From: an uncultured Candidatus Saccharibacteria bacterium
Lineage (GTDB): Bacteria > Patescibacteriota > Saccharimonadia > Saccharimonadales > JAGQNJ01
Direction: 5' to 3'
Assembly (NCBI GenBank): GCA_964577565.1
Contig: CAZNZL010000001.1
Coordinates: forward strand, 142,566-206,565
Length of the DNA: 64,000 nucleotides
Shown: one piece after another, positions 46,917 through 57,228 of the stretch
How the letters are laid out: every line of letters begins with the position of its first letter
How positions within the stretch are numbered: the first letter of the stretch is position 1
Program-made: the position numbers and the translations under genes
The notes under the pieces: generated by a model
The model's input: only the letters and a program-made list of their open reading frames with translations
What the model was told of the DNA's origin: nothing
Database searches by the model: none

Positions 46917-47765
46917 TTACAATGCTAAGGCTAGGTTAGTGAGAAGTAACTTTGCGTTTGCGTTATGGCGGCTATTTAGTTGCGCTTGCATTATAGATGA
47001 TCTAATTTTGTGCCAACGCTTTGCTTGCTCTGGTTTGGCGGCTTGTACGGCTTGCCTAAAGCCGGCCTGGCTCACAATAGAAAGTGCATCGAGCACTTGG
47101 CTAAAATCTTGTTTTGATAACTCATCAACTTTTGCAAGTCTCTCGTACGTTGTTACACGAATAAACGTTTTTGCAGTGTCAATTGATTGTAATAATGAAT
47201 GGTCGGCTTGTTTCAGGAGGGCATCCATAAGGCCTATGCGCGCATTACTTATGAGCAGTGCTTTGTCGACTTCTTTTGGTAAAAAAGACTGTTTAAAATG
47301 TTCTTCCAGGGCTTCAGAGGATGGTCGTCGCAGGCGGATAGTTGTAAGTCGTGAGTGCAAGGTAGGTAACAAGCTTCCGGGCTGGGCGACTGACAAAATA
47401 ATACAGGTCTGGGGCGACGGCTCTTCAAGAGTTTTTAGCAAGGCTTGCTGAGCTTCGGCGGTCATTGCGTGAGCATCTTCAACAATGACAACACGTGCAA
47501 TAGGTTGGCGTAATACAGACTTAAGCTTTAAAAAATGGGTAACGCGTCGTGATTGATCTATGCTGATACTTCTCTTTTCATCGGGTTGTACAATCAATAG
47601 CGAATGGTCGTTAATATTTTGTTTCCCCAACAGGCTTTCAGCAATAAAACGAGCTGTACTTTTTTTGCCTGTGCCAGCATCCCCCAATATTCCAAGCGCA
47701 TGCGAAGGTTTACGCATAAAGGCTTTAATTTCACGTTGCGTTTGTGGATGTAAGACTAAGCTCAT
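46917..47765 (-). CDS. holB: DNA polymerase III delta' subunit
   Basis: LGILGDAGTGKKS, IVEDAHAMTAEAQQALLKTLEEP. ATG 47765 is preferred (the track start 47897 overlaps the upstream gene). Confidence 0.72.
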   Translation of the reverse strand: MSLVLHPQTQREIKAFMRKPSHALGILGDAGTGKKSTARFIAESLLGKQNINDHSLLIVQPDEKRSISIDQSRRVTHFLKLKSVLRQPIARVVIVEDAHAMTAEAQQALLKTLEEPSPQTCIILSVAQPGSLLPTLHSRLTTIRLRRPSSEALEEHFKQSFLPKEVDKALLISNARIGLMDALLKQADHSLLQSIDTAKTFIRVTTYERLAKVDELSKQDFSQVLDALSIVSQAGFRQAVQAAKPEQAKRWHKIRSSIMQAQLNSRHNANAKLLLTNLALAL

Positions 47766-47772
47766 ACTACTA

Positions 47773-48621
47773 TTATAACTTGAACGCTTGTGGGAGTGGC
47801 GAGGTAAAGGTTTGTCGCACTTTGTTTGGCAAGGTAAGTTCAAGTTGATGTGCGTGCAGCATGAGTCGCTTAGCAGGTTCACCCTCATATAAAACATCGC
47901 CTATGATAGGATATCCTAGTTGTTTTAGATGGACACGTAATTGGTGAGTGCGGCCAGTATGCGGTTTTAGCTCTAATAGGGTGTGTTCACCCGTAGTTTC
48001 GATGGTTTTATACTCTGTTTGAGCAGGCTTACCGTTTTTACCTACTCTGAATTTTTTTGGTTGTTTTGGATCCCGTTCAATCGGCATATCAATGACTGCT
48101 TGATTTGGTTTTAAACCGGCAGGTACAACGGCAATATATGTTTTTTTGGTTTTTCTCTGCGAAAACTGCTTTTGCAGCCATTGTAATGCCGATGGGTTTT
48201 TGGCACAAATCATTACACCTGACGTTGCACGGTCAAGGCGATGTACTATGCCGGCACGCTCACCCTCCATTCCAGTCAGCCTTAGCTTTATAAAGGATGC
48301 TACCGTCGGCTCAGGGTTAAAGGCTCCTTTGCTGTGCGTTAAAATGCCCTCTGGTTTATCTAGAACAATACAGTCGTCATCTTCGTAGAGGATTGGTAAG
48401 TCGATTTCTGGGATTTTTCGTAAACCCTGCACGTTAAAATTAATGATAATTTTATCACCTTGACTAAGCTTATAGCTGACTTTTTCAACCACGCCATTAA
48501 CTGTAACGTTGCCATCATTAATGAGCTGCTGTGCTAACCCCCTACTGATCGTCTCTGACTGTTGCACATAAACATCTAGCCGAGTACTTGAATCACCAGT
48601 CCAATCTAATTTTTTCATCAA
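47773..48621 (-). CDS. RluA-family (RluD-like) pseudouridine synthase with N-terminal S4 domain
   Basis: GIVHRLDRATSGVMICAK, HQLRVHL. Confidence 0.88.
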   Translation of the reverse strand: MMKKLDWTGDSSTRLDVYVQQSETISRGLAQQLINDGNVTVNGVVEKVSYKLSQGDKIIINFNVQGLRKIPEIDLPILYEDDDCIVLDKPEGILTHSKGAFNPEPTVASFIKLRLTGMEGERAGIVHRLDRATSGVMICAKNPSALQWLQKQFSQRKTKKTYIAVVPAGLKPNQAVIDMPIERDPKQPKKFRVGKNGKPAQTEYKTIETTGEHTLLELKPHTGRTHQLRVHLKQLGYPIIGDVLYEGEPAKRLMLHAHQLELTLPNKVRQTFTSPLPQAFKL

Positions 48622-48709
48622 TCTTCCTATAAATGTATCGCTTGCATTATATCTTTAGTTTTTAGAATATGTTTTCGTTCTTGCCCTACCACCTATTAAT
48701 ACATTCTAA

Positions 48710-49732
48710 TCATGAACGTAACCCTATGGCTTTTTGGACACGCAGCAATGTTTCATTAGCTACTTTGTTCATAGCTTGTTCTGATGCTTCAAGTTTTTGC
48801 CGGAGGGCTTGCTCATCCACATCTGTAAGTCTGGCCTGAAAGTTTCGTAAAAAATTTGCAACTGCATCAGCAACCGCAGTCTTTAATGGTCCGTATTGAG
48901 TTTGCCCAATAAACGCATTCTGATCACCGCCTAAGAACTTATAGATATCCAGTAGGTTGCTGATACCTGGCTGTTTTTGATAATCATAAACTATCTTTCC
49001 TAATGAATCTGTAGTGGAGCCCATAACTTTTCGATGTGCATTTTCTGGCGTATCGCCCAAGAATATAACCCCTTTACTGCTACCTTCGGATTTACTCATT
49101 TTTTTCTCTGGGTTAACTAAATCTCTGACGCGTAAACGCTGCTGTTGGCTCGCAAAAGCAATCTGCTCTTTTTCTGGCGCAGGAGGTGTGAATAGCTCAC
49201 CAAATTTGTTATTCATTCTAATCGCAATATCTCGCGCAAGTTCAACGTGTTGAGTTTGGTCTGCACCAACGGGTACATATTTTGCGCCATACAATAAAAT
49301 ATCAGCCGCCATGAGGACGGGGTAATCAAATAGCCCAACGCTGACACTACTCTTGCCTTGCCCTTTTTCTTTGAATTGCGTCATGCGATTTAATTCACCG
49401 ATATACGTAAAACTATTTAAAATAATAGTTAGCTCGCTGTGTGCAGGGATGAAGCTTTGACGGTATAAATAGGTGTCTAACTGATTAAGGTCAAGGCCTG
49501 CCGCAATATAGAGCTTGAGATTATGCATGGTTTGTTCATACAATCGTGAATGGTCAATTGGTGTCGTAAAACTGTGTAAATCTGGTACAAATAGATTAAT
49601 TTGATATTCGCCCGTATATTTCTTTTGCAGTTCCACCATAGGGAGCAACGCCCCTAGATAGTTACCGAGGTGCAAGTCATTATTTGCTCTTAAGCCAGTT
49701 AGAATTACTGGTTTACTCATATTTAACTTCAT
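48710..49732 (-). CDS. trpS: tryptophanyl-tRNA synthetase
   Basis: LHLGNYLGAL (HIGH-like), GADQTQH, KMSKS. The start could be 49720. Confidence 0.93.
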   Translation of the reverse strand: MKLNMSKPVILTGLRANNDLHLGNYLGALLPMVELQKKYTGEYQINLFVPDLHSFTTPIDHSRLYEQTMHNLKLYIAAGLDLNQLDTYLYRQSFIPAHSELTIILNSFTYIGELNRMTQFKEKGQGKSSVSVGLFDYPVLMAADILLYGAKYVPVGADQTQHVELARDIAIRMNNKFGELFTPPAPEKEQIAFASQQQRLRVRDLVNPEKKMSKSEGSSKGVIFLGDTPENAHRKVMGSTTDSLGKIVYDYQKQPGISNLLDIYKFLGGDQNAFIGQTQYGPLKTAVADAVANFLRNFQARLTDVDEQALRQKLEASEQAMNKVANETLLRVQKAIGLRS

Positions 49733-49744
49733 TATAGCGCATAT

Positions 49745-50656
49745 TTATGCAAAGTATGGTGTAGAATCTGTGGCACGGATTGGTGCTGTAATTTGGCGGA
49801 TTCGTGCACGTTTGATTATTGTTACATATTGTTTTGCAATGTCGGGTGAGACGGGTGGGTCAACTGGGCTTTCAAGATTGCTTGCCTCACACAGTACCGC
49901 GGCGGGTGCGTAGCCACTGGTAGCTAACTCGGCGATGTGTCGCAGGGCGCGTTCTTGTGCAATAGCTGACTTTTGGAATTCGCCAGCAGGGTCATGGGCC
50001 ATTTCTGACCCATGAGCGGCATCAACGACCATTAAACCATTAGTAGCGGTGTAGGCTTCAATATAGAGTTTTTCCCACGCTTCTGGTGTTTTTGCAGCTT
50101 CTCCGCCACGAAATACTAAGAAAACTGGTGCTCCTGCGTCTCCGCGTGCAGCGTTTAACCGGTCAACCGTTATTAATGCAGGTTCAACTTCGCCTGACAA
50201 AGGATTCTTCTCACCTAATGGTATAGCAGGATCCTCTAGGGCTATTTCTTCTTTTTCATCCTCGTCTTCAAGGCGACTACCCAACCACCCAAGTGCTATT
50301 CTTGAGCCGTACCGTACCACGTGTTCTAGTCGCCCAAGCTCCATCGCAACATTGCCGCGCAGTTTTGCTTGCTTATCGATGCGAGCAAACGCACCAACTG
50401 GATCCGTTGTCTCCATGCCAAACCAACTTGTCGGCAAGGTACGCGGTTTCCAGACGCACATACGCTCTAACGTTGCATCGATAACTTCTTCTTCAGCCGT
50501 AAGTGCACACGGTCCTTGTATATCAATAAAGCCCCGGCCCGACATAGTTTTTGTAACAAGATTACGATGGTAATCTCGGCGCTCTTCTAACTCAGGCGTG
50601 AATTCAAACATGTCATGCAATTCTTCTGCCGTTGGTGTTTCTGGTGCAAATTTCAT
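49745..50656 (-). CDS. divergent DAHP-synthase (AroG-like class I) family protein
   Basis: By-eye alignment to E. coli AroG blocks: IDIQGPCA (GPCS), VWKPRTL (KPRTT), WLGSR (GART), LGEKN (GFKNG), FRGGE (LRGG), VVDAAHGS (IDFSHANS), LCEAS (VESH). SD GGAAAGGA. Confidence 0.5.
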   Translation of the reverse strand: MKFAPETPTAEELHDMFEFTPELEERRDYHRNLVTKTMSGRGFIDIQGPCALTAEEEVIDATLERMCVWKPRTLPTSWFGMETTDPVGAFARIDKQAKLRGNVAMELGRLEHVVRYGSRIALGWLGSRLEDEDEKEEIALEDPAIPLGEKNPLSGEVEPALITVDRLNAARGDAGAPVFLVFRGGEAAKTPEAWEKLYIEAYTATNGLMVVDAAHGSEMAHDPAGEFQKSAIAQERALRHIAELATSGYAPAAVLCEASNLESPVDPPVSPDIAKQYVTIIKRARIRQITAPIRATDSTPYFA

Positions 50657-50675
50657 ATATTCCTTTCCTAGTATT

Positions 50676-50830
50676 AAAAAAACCGCCGTGTGGCGGTTTG
50701 GTTTAACAATTTATTACAAATCTAAGCCGAACGCCACACGTGTGGGTTTGTAAACCAAACGTAAAAATAGTTTACCGTTCGACGTATCATAACGACTATG
50801 ACAATACTATATAAAGGTTGCTCACGTCAA
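50676..50830 (-). promoter_or_regulatory. candidate promoter plus structured leader ending in a strong hairpin/U7 20 nt upstream of the DAHP-synthase-like gene
   Basis: Minus strand: TTGACG (50830-50825). A 10-bp long-range helix, gtttggttta (50760-50751) with taaaccaaac (50705-50696), encloses a CCACACGTGTGG palindrome. Then AACCGCCacacGGCGGTTttttt (50698-50676). Confidence 0.45.
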
Positions 50831-51059
50831 ATAAATTGTGCGAAAAAGCGAAAAGATTAGCATAATCATACATGTCAGCACAATATGAAGGATCACGCGT
50901 TTTTTGCCATATATCAGATAAATCATTACAGCACTCATTAGTAACGCGTGGCGCCCAGTATAATAAAGTTCTTAAGTATAAGAACGATACTAACCAGCGA
51001 AAACGGTGTCAACCAAAAATCTTTTGGCCGAATATACGGCATGGTAAAAGTATAGCAAA

Positions 51060-51458
51060 TTAGCGTTTCGTAAACTGGCGTTGTTTACGAGCGCCTTTAA
51101 GGCCAAACTTTTTGCGTTCTTTTTCGCGGGGATCACGACCAAGCATATCGGCACGCTTTAAGGTGCTCTTAAGGTCACTGTTCATAGTTGCCAAGGCGCG
51201 GGCAATTCCAAGCCTTATGGCATCTACTTGGCCAGCGTGACCGCCGCCTGACACACGAGCACTTACATCAAACTTATTAACCTGATCTAGAATGACAAAT
51301 GGTTTTTGAAGTTCGTTTAGTAGTGCTTTGCTTGTAGCAAAGTATTCTTCAGCAGGCTTCCCGTTGACGCTTATAGCACCCTTGCCGTTCGTCAAACGAA
51401 CACGCGCAGTGGCACTTTTTCGTCGCCCTAGAGCATAAAAATAAGTATCTTTTACCAT
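51060..51458 (-). CDS. rpsI: ribosomal protein S9
   Basis: YALGRRKSATARV...GGGHAGQVDAIRLGIARAL...KQRQFTKR. Confidence 0.95.
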   Translation of the reverse strand: MVKDTYFYALGRRKSATARVRLTNGKGAISVNGKPAEEYFATSKALLNELQKPFVILDQVNKFDVSARVSGGGHAGQVDAIRLGIARALATMNSDLKSTLKRADMLGRDPREKERKKFGLKGARKQRQFTKR

Positions 51459-51459
51459 A

Positions 51460-51900
51460 TTATTTTGCTTCCTTTACGTCAATTTTCTCAGGTTTCTGAG
51501 CATTGTGATTATGATCTTCTCCACCATATACTTTAAGCCGTGCTAAGCGTCCATCACGTAGTTTGTTGGGTGGTATCATACCGCGAATAGCTTTAATAAC
51601 AACTTGACGTGAATCTTTTTCTAGTTGCTTAGCAAGGTTAGTATCCTTTATGCCGCCAGGATAGCCTGTGTGGCGATAATAAATCTTGTCAGTTAGTTTC
51701 TTGCCGGTAACTCTAAGGTTATCTGCGTTAATTACAATAACATAATCACCGCAATCTATATGAGCAGTGTATTGAGGTTTTAGTTTACCAGTTAATAGAT
51801 CGGCTGCTTGGGTGGCAACACGGCCAAGTGTAGCCTGGCTTGCGTCCAAAATGTACCATTTACGTGTAATATCAGCCGGTTTTGCACTATAGGTTTTCAT
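51460..51900 (-). CDS. rplM: ribosomal protein L13
   Basis: RKWYILDASQATLGRVATQAADLLTGK. Confidence 0.95.
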   Translation of the reverse strand: MKTYSAKPADITRKWYILDASQATLGRVATQAADLLTGKLKPQYTAHIDCGDYVIVINADNLRVTGKKLTDKIYYRHTGYPGGIKDTNLAKQLEKDSRQVVIKAIRGMIPPNKLRDGRLARLKVYGGEDHNHNAQKPEKIDVKEAK

Positions 51901-52370
51901 TATTTCTTTGCCTCCGCAACTTGCTTTGTAGCTGGTTTTTTAGGTGTAGGAGCCTTGGTTTCTTTGGCGGGAGCTTTAACCGGCGCCTCTTTTGCTGCTG
52001 ATTTAGCTTTTAGATCATCCACAAAACTTACTCGTGCCAGTTGCGCATTATCACCACGGCGTAAAACGGTGCGTTCAATACGCAAGTGCCCGCTGTTTCG
52101 TGCTTGTAATTTTGGTGCAATTTCATCGATTAGTTTATGAGCGCTTTGTACCGTGTGAAGAGCACTAATAACTTGCCGGCGATTATGTAAGTCACCCTTT
52201 TTTGCTTTGGTAATGAGCTTTTCAACGTACGGAACAACTTCTTTGGCTTTTGGCAGGGTGGTTTCGATTGATTCATGAACAATTAATGACTCAGCTAAGC
52301 CCTTAATAAGAGCTTCGCGTTGATCGCGTTCACGTCCAAATTTTCGACCTTTGTATCCGTGACGATGCAT
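51900..52370 (-). CDS. rplQ: ribosomal protein L17 with Lys/Ala/Pro-rich C-terminal extension
   Basis: MHRHGYKGRKFGRERDQREALIKGL... Confidence 0.93.
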   Translation of the reverse strand: MHRHGYKGRKFGRERDQREALIKGLAESLIVHESIETTLPKAKEVVPYVEKLITKAKKGDLHNRRQVISALHTVQSAHKLIDEIAPKLQARNSGHLRIERTVLRRGDNAQLARVSFVDDLKAKSAAKEAPVKAPAKETKAPTPKKPATKQVAEAKK

Positions 52371-52372
52371 TG

Positions 52373-53308
52373 TTAAATCTCCAGCTCCGCCATTTTATCT
52401 TTAACTTCATCAAGCGCTTTTGCGCCAAAACCCTTAAGGTCACGCAATTCAGCATCATTAAGGCTAAATAGGTCTTTTAGAGTGTGGATGTCATTGTTAA
52501 TGAGAGCGTTAGTAGTTCGAGCTGACAAGCCAAGATCTTCAATTGGGGTCATAAGCTCAGCGCTGTCTTCTGTCGTATTATTGTTTTCTTGCATATCTAT
52601 GGGGCTTGCCTCTGGTTCAACTCGTGTTTGGCCTGCCAAGGCAGTATACTGGTTCACCAAAATTGCAGCAGCCTCTTCAAAAGCATCATGAGGACTAATA
52701 GTACCATCAGTGTCAATCGTGATAATAAGTTTATCAAGATCGGTCATTTGGCCAACACGCGTATTCTCTACCTTATACCGAACGCGATGAACTGGACTAA
52801 AAATTGCGTCCAAGGTAATCATGTCGCTTGATTTACGATGCGCAGTTTCGTCTATTGGCCGGTAGCCTCGGCCTGTTTCAACAACAATTTCTATTGATAG
52901 GCTGGCTTTAGGATCATCAATGTTTGCAATGACATGATCTTTATTTACTACCTCAATGTCAGCATTGGTTGTGATATCCGCAGCCGTTACAGCGCCCTTA
53001 CCCTTTTTGTTGATCGTAAGTGTTTGGGGTTCGCTAGAGTAAACTTTAAAACGCAGACCTTTTAGTGCAAGCATAATACCAACAATATCTTCTTTTACTC
53101 CTGGAATAGTAGTAAATTCGTGCGTTGCACCTTCAACACGAAAGGAGGTGATAGCAGCGCCGGCAATGCTTGACAGCAACACCCGTCGCAAACTGTTACC
53201 AAGCGTCATACCATAACCGGTATGAAGCGGTTCCACAGCAAAAGTAGCACTGAGAGCTGAGTGCTCTTGTACGGTTACGACACCTGGTGTGTGAATATTT
53301 TTTGACAT
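52373..53308 (-). CDS. rpoA: DNA-directed RNA polymerase alpha subunit
   Basis: PLHTGYGMTLGNSLRRVLLSSI...; C-terminal HhH region LGLSARTTNAL. Confidence 0.95.
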   Translation of the reverse strand: MSKNIHTPGVVTVQEHSALSATFAVEPLHTGYGMTLGNSLRRVLLSSIAGAAITSFRVEGATHEFTTIPGVKEDIVGIMLALKGLRFKVYSSEPQTLTINKKGKGAVTAADITTNADIEVVNKDHVIANIDDPKASLSIEIVVETGRGYRPIDETAHRKSSDMITLDAIFSPVHRVRYKVENTRVGQMTDLDKLIITIDTDGTISPHDAFEEAAAILVNQYTALAGQTRVEPEASPIDMQENNNTTEDSAELMTPIEDLGLSARTTNALINNDIHTLKDLFSLNDAELRDLKGFGAKALDEVKDKMAELEI

Positions 53309-53324
53309 GTTACTCCTTGCCTCC

Positions 53325-53948
53325 TTAGCGTGAGTAGTACTCTACTATTAATTGCTCATTTATGTCCGGTTCGACTTCTTCTCGTGAAGGGATACCGGTT
53401 ACGTTAACTTCAAACTTCTTACGGTTGACTTTTAGCCAGCTGGCTTCATTTTCTTGACCGCCGGGGCTAGTTTCGTCAATCTTTTTGAAATACTCATTCT
53501 TAGTGCTTGCTTCTCGTAGGGTAATGACATCACCGGGTTTAAGGCGTATAGAAGGAATATCAACCCGTCGGCCGTTTAGCATAAAATGACCGTGCGTAAC
53601 GAGCTGTCGTGCAGCCCGGCGGCTTACAGCAAAACCGCTGCGGTAAACTGCGTTATCAAGGCGCTGTTCCAGAAAACGAAGCAATGTTTCGCCAGATTGC
53701 CCTTCTGAAGCAACAGCTTCGCTCATAAGCTTTCTAAACTGTCGCTCGAGTAGCCCATAAAGTCGTTTTACCTTTTGCTTTTCACGCAGTTGAATTGCAT
53801 ATTGTGTAGGTTTATTGCGGCTGTGACGACCGCTGGTTTGCTGGCCGGGAGGTGTTGTTCGTTTTACTAAAGCTTTATGGGCTTTAGGGTGAAGAGCATA
53901 CCCTTCGCGACGACTCATTTTTACAATTGATTGCAGATCTCGTGCCAT
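53325..53948 (-). CDS. rpsD: ribosomal protein S4
   Basis: KMSRREGYAL...YAIQLREKQKVKRLYG... Confidence 0.95.
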   Translation of the reverse strand: MARDLQSIVKMSRREGYALHPKAHKALVKRTTPPGQQTSGRHSRNKPTQYAIQLREKQKVKRLYGLLERQFRKLMSEAVASEGQSGETLLRFLEQRLDNAVYRSGFAVSRRAARQLVTHGHFMLNGRRVDIPSIRLKPGDVITLREASTKNEYFKKIDETSPGGQENEASWLKVNRKKFEVNVTGIPSREEVEPDINEQLIVEYYSR

Positions 53949-53951
53949 AAA

Positions 53952-54368
53952 CTAAACCCTTCGTGCCTTTCGTGGCCGTACGCCACCATGTGGAACACCG
54001 GTTATATCGGTAAGCCTCTCTACTTTAATGTCTTGACCGCTCAAGGTGCGCACTGCCGCTTCGCGTCCTAAGCCAATGCCTTTAATAAAAACATCAACCT
54101 TAGACATGCCATGAAGCTGCTTAACAGCGGTTGCGGCGCGCTCAGTTGCAATCTGAGCTGCATATGCGGTACCTTTTTTCGAGCCACGAAAACCGCATCC
54201 ACCCGCGCTTGCACTCACAAGGGCGCCACCCTTTTGATCAGTAAAGGTGATAATCGTATTATTGAATGTTGCCAGCACATGCATTCGACCATACGGAACT
54301 GGTCGTTTTGCTTTGCGCTTTTTTGCAACAGTTGGAGTTGTGGTTGGAGTAGTTGTTTCTGCCATCAT
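53952..54368 (-). CDS. rpsK: ribosomal protein S11
   Basis: GRMHVLATFNNTIITFTD...GFRGSKKGTAYAAQ. Confidence 0.94.
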   Translation of the reverse strand: MMAETTTPTTTPTVAKKRKAKRPVPYGRMHVLATFNNTIITFTDQKGGALVSASAGGCGFRGSKKGTAYAAQIATERAATAVKQLHGMSKVDVFIKGIGLGREAAVRTLSGQDIKVERLTDITGVPHGGVRPRKARRV

Positions 54369-54374
54369 GATACC

Positions 54375-54761
54375 TTATGTCTTAGCCGGAGCCTTCTTCT
54401 TAGTGCCACCAACGGTAAGCTTTTTACCGCGGCGTGTACGTGCATTTGTACGGGTGCGTTGGCCTCGTGCTGGCAAATTAGCCTTATGACGTAGCCCGCG
54501 GTATGCGTTAATGTCTTTAAGCCGCTTTATATTAGTGGTAACAATACGCTGTAATTCACCCTCAACAGTGAGGGTATTGTTAATGACTTCTTGAATTTGG
54601 GAAATTTCTGCATCAGTTAGGTCTTTTACTCGCGTGGTTGGATCAACCTGAGTGCTGGCAAGTACCTCTTGGCTAGTTGTTCGTCCAATACCATAAATAT
54701 ACGTTAAAGCAATTTCAACTTGTTTATCGGCCGGAATGGTTACTCCTGAAATTCGAGCCAT
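54375..54761 (-). CDS. rpsM: ribosomal protein S13
   Basis: [26 protein letters not shown]. Confidence 0.95.
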   Translation of the reverse strand: MARISGVTIPADKQVEIALTYIYGIGRTTSQEVLASTQVDPTTRVKDLTDAEISQIQEVINNTLTVEGELQRIVTTNIKRLKDINAYRGLRHKANLPARGQRTRTNARTRRGKKLTVGGTKKKAPAKT

Positions 54762-54764
54762 AGC

Positions 54765-54881
54765 CTAGCCTTGCCTCTGCTTATGCTTAGGCTTTAGTTT
54801 GTTGATAACGTACAAACGGCCCTTGCGGCGGACCAGTTTGTCATCCGGACTAATCTTTTTTACACTTGCACGCACTTTCAT
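54765..54881 (-). CDS. rpmJ: ribosomal protein L36
   Basis: Not in the ORF track (38 aa). My translation: [48 protein letters not shown] upstream. Confidence 0.85.
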   Translation of the reverse strand: MKVRASVKKISPDDKLVRRKGRLYVINKLKPKHKQRQG

Positions 54882-54925
54882 GCGGATCATCGCTCCTTTC
54901 AAGCTTGCAATGACTCACTGCTTAT

Positions 54926-55147
54926 TTAGTTCTTGCGATAGGTGATTCTTCCCTTAGTGAGATCGTAAGGGGTCAACTCAACCGTAACGCTGTCGCCCGG
55001 AACAATTCTGATAAAATGCTTGCGCATCTTCCCGGCAACATGAGCTATAATTTGATGGCCGTTTTCGAGTTCAACCTTAAACTGCGTACCCGGTAGGGTC
55101 TCAACAATTGTACCGGTCAACTCAATCACTTCTTTATTATTGGCCAT
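54926..55147 (-). CDS. infA: translation initiation factor IF-1
   Basis: [41 protein letters not shown]. Confidence 0.95.
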   Translation of the reverse strand: MANNKEVIELTGTIVETLPGTQFKVELENGHQIIAHVAGKMRKHFIRIVPGDSVTVELTPYDLTKGRITYRKN

Positions 55148-55201
55148 AAATATATAACAAGACTTAAGTATAGCAAATATAACCCCTGTTTGTAAAGGGT
55201 T

Positions 55202-56704
55202 TTATTTCTTTTTTCTTGGAAGGGACGGCCGTTTAATGAACCGAAGGCGTCTTCCACCGGTACCAGCTTCGGCAGGCGTGGTGGCTTCATACAGAAAATC
55301 AGGTTGTTCGTATTGATCATACGTTAACATTAGTGCTTGCGATTCTAGCTTTCGCAGCGTTTCAAGCGCTACCGCCACCAAAATTAGTATACTTGTACCA
55401 CCAATTGTTATGTTTACGTTTAAAAAGGCTTGACCAATGATTGGCATTACCGCAAGCAGTCCCAGGCTTAGTGCACCAAACAGTGTGAGGCGGTTAACTA
55501 CACGCGACAAATATTTTTCGGTTTGTTGACCAGATCGAACACCTTCTATAAAACCACCTTGCTTTTGGAGATTTTCGGCAATGTCATGGGCATTAAAGGC
55601 AATGCTGGTGTAAAAGAAAGTAAATATAAACACTAGTAAGAAATATACGACGGGATAAATATAGGGCTGCACGCCACCCAATGCAAAGGTTTGCGGAGTT
55701 GGGGTTTGAAACCACGTGACTAAATTGGTACCAATCTCTTGTAGTCGTGCGCTTTCTGACCCGGCCATAATTTGGCCTGCGAATGCCGGCACACTCAAAA
55801 ATGCAACCGCGAAGATAATCGGAACAACTCCAGCAGTAATTAACTTTATAGGGAGTACGGTAGTCACGCCGCCATAAATGCGGTTGCCCTGAACACGTTT
55901 AGCGTAATTAATCGTCAGGTTACGAGAGGCTTCATTAAGCTTTACAACCAGAATGGTTGTTATGATTACGATGGCAAGAATAATCAGGGCATACCAAAAG
56001 GCGCGTTGGTCAATCGGCAGCTGCCACCCAAAAATATTCCATTTTTTATCTTCTTGGATAATGCTATTCATTAAGTTTGCAATGGTTGAGGGCAGTTGGC
56101 TGACAATGCCTACTGTAATTATCAGCGATATACCGTTACCAATGTTGTGTTCTGTTATTAACTCACCAAGCCACATCAATAGCATTGCGCCACCGGTTAA
56201 GGCCGTTACCATAACTACCCATTGCCACAAACTGGCATTTGCAGTGATGTCACCCAAGCCCCCAAGGCTGGATGCGGTTTGCTTTACCAAATATATAGAC
56301 CCTATGGATTGAATTATTGCCAAGGGTAAAGTGATGAGGCGTGTGTATTGATTAAGCTTCTTGCGCCCAAATTCGCCTTCTTTATTTAGGGCTTCAAGCT
56401 TCGGTATAGCGCGTGTCAATAACTGCATGATAATTGAGGCATTAATGTACGGGCCGAGCCCTACAAGCATGATTGAAAAGTTTGCTAAAGCACCGCCCGA
56501 CAGAACGTCAACAAAACTAAGTAGTTGAGAAGACTGCGCAGAGTTAAATAGCGTTTCAAGGATTTGCTTCAGTGTATCGCCGCTTGCAATAGGAATAGGA
56601 ATATGAGCAAGAACGCGAAAAACTAGAATCATACCAAGTACGGCGAAAATTTTCTTTCGCATTTCAGCATTTGCCAATGCTTTACCAATTGTTTTCCAGT
56701 TCAT
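55202..56704 (-). CDS. secY: preprotein translocase subunit SecY with basic C-terminal tail
   Basis: 500 aa, 10 TM segments; GLGPYINASIIMQLL, GNGISLII. Confidence 0.95.
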   Translation of the reverse strand: MNWKTIGKALANAEMRKKIFAVLGMILVFRVLAHIPIPIASGDTLKQILETLFNSAQSSQLLSFVDVLSGGALANFSIMLVGLGPYINASIIMQLLTRAIPKLEALNKEGEFGRKKLNQYTRLITLPLAIIQSIGSIYLVKQTASSLGGLGDITANASLWQWVVMVTALTGGAMLLMWLGELITEHNIGNGISLIITVGIVSQLPSTIANLMNSIIQEDKKWNIFGWQLPIDQRAFWYALIILAIVIITTILVVKLNEASRNLTINYAKRVQGNRIYGGVTTVLPIKLITAGVVPIIFAVAFLSVPAFAGQIMAGSESARLQEIGTNLVTWFQTPTPQTFALGGVQPYIYPVVYFLLVFIFTFFYTSIAFNAHDIAENLQKQGGFIEGVRSGQQTEKYLSRVVNRLTLFGALSLGLLAVMPIIGQAFLNVNITIGGTSILILVAVALETLRKLESQALMLTYDQYEQPDFLYEATTPAEAGTGGRRLRFIKRPSLPRKKK

Positions 56705-56760
56705 TATTTGACCCTCATCTTATCCTCATTGTAGCCTATACTGAGCGAGAAATCGTGTTG

Positions 56761-57228
56761 TTATTTTGTGGTTTTTTCTTTTGCGGCTCGTTTTGGTCGG
56801 GCAACAATATCAAAATCACCGCCCGCCTTCTTGACGGCTTCAGCTGCAGCTTTGCTTGCACCTTGCAGTTTTATCGTATGTTTTTTGGTGACAGCGGTGT
56901 CAAATAATAACTTTACTCGTACGTACGGACTTGATATAAGCCCCGCTTCAAACAAGACATTGTTGTCAACGCGAGCGGCCAGCGAGTCAAGTTGGCTGGT
57001 ATAAACATTCTCAGCTTTGGCGTGGATTGATCGAAAGCCCGGAAGCTTAGGAATGCGTTGTACAAGCGGATTTTGACCACCTTCAAAGCCAGGTCGTACA
57101 CCACCGCCCGTACGAGAGTTTTGGCCCTTTGTACCGCGTCCGGCAGTTTTACCCTTGCCTGCGGCAATACCTCGGCCCGGTCGTGTAGCTGGTGTTTGTT
57201 TATTAAGTGACAATTCATTATACTTCAT
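56761..57228 (-). CDS. rplO: ribosomal protein L15
   Basis: [21 protein letters not shown]. Confidence 0.93.
   Translation of the reverse strand: MKYNELSLNKQTPATRPGRGIAAGKGKTAGRGTKGQNSRTGGGVRPGFEGGQNPLVQRIPKLPGFRSIHAKAENVYTSQLDSLAARVDNNVLFEAGLISSPYVRVKLLFDTAVTKKHTIKLQGASKAAAEAVKKAGGDFDIVARPKRAAKEKTTK

Noticed and set aside
50872-51063. 63-aa plus-strand ORF, and a 34-aa hydrophobic minus-strand ORF (50938-51042, MPYIRPKDFWLTPFSLVSIVLILKNFIILGATRY), in the 360-nt gap after rpsI.
   Set aside because: Neither has an SD. The plus ORF runs into the rpsI 3' end, and the minus ORF is short and unsupported. The gap is better explained as promoter plus leader of the DAHP-synthase-like gene.
55126-55320. 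64-aa minus-strand ORF bridging the secY 3' end and the infA 5' end.
   Set aside because: It is out of frame and overlaps two certain genes, with no independent signals.
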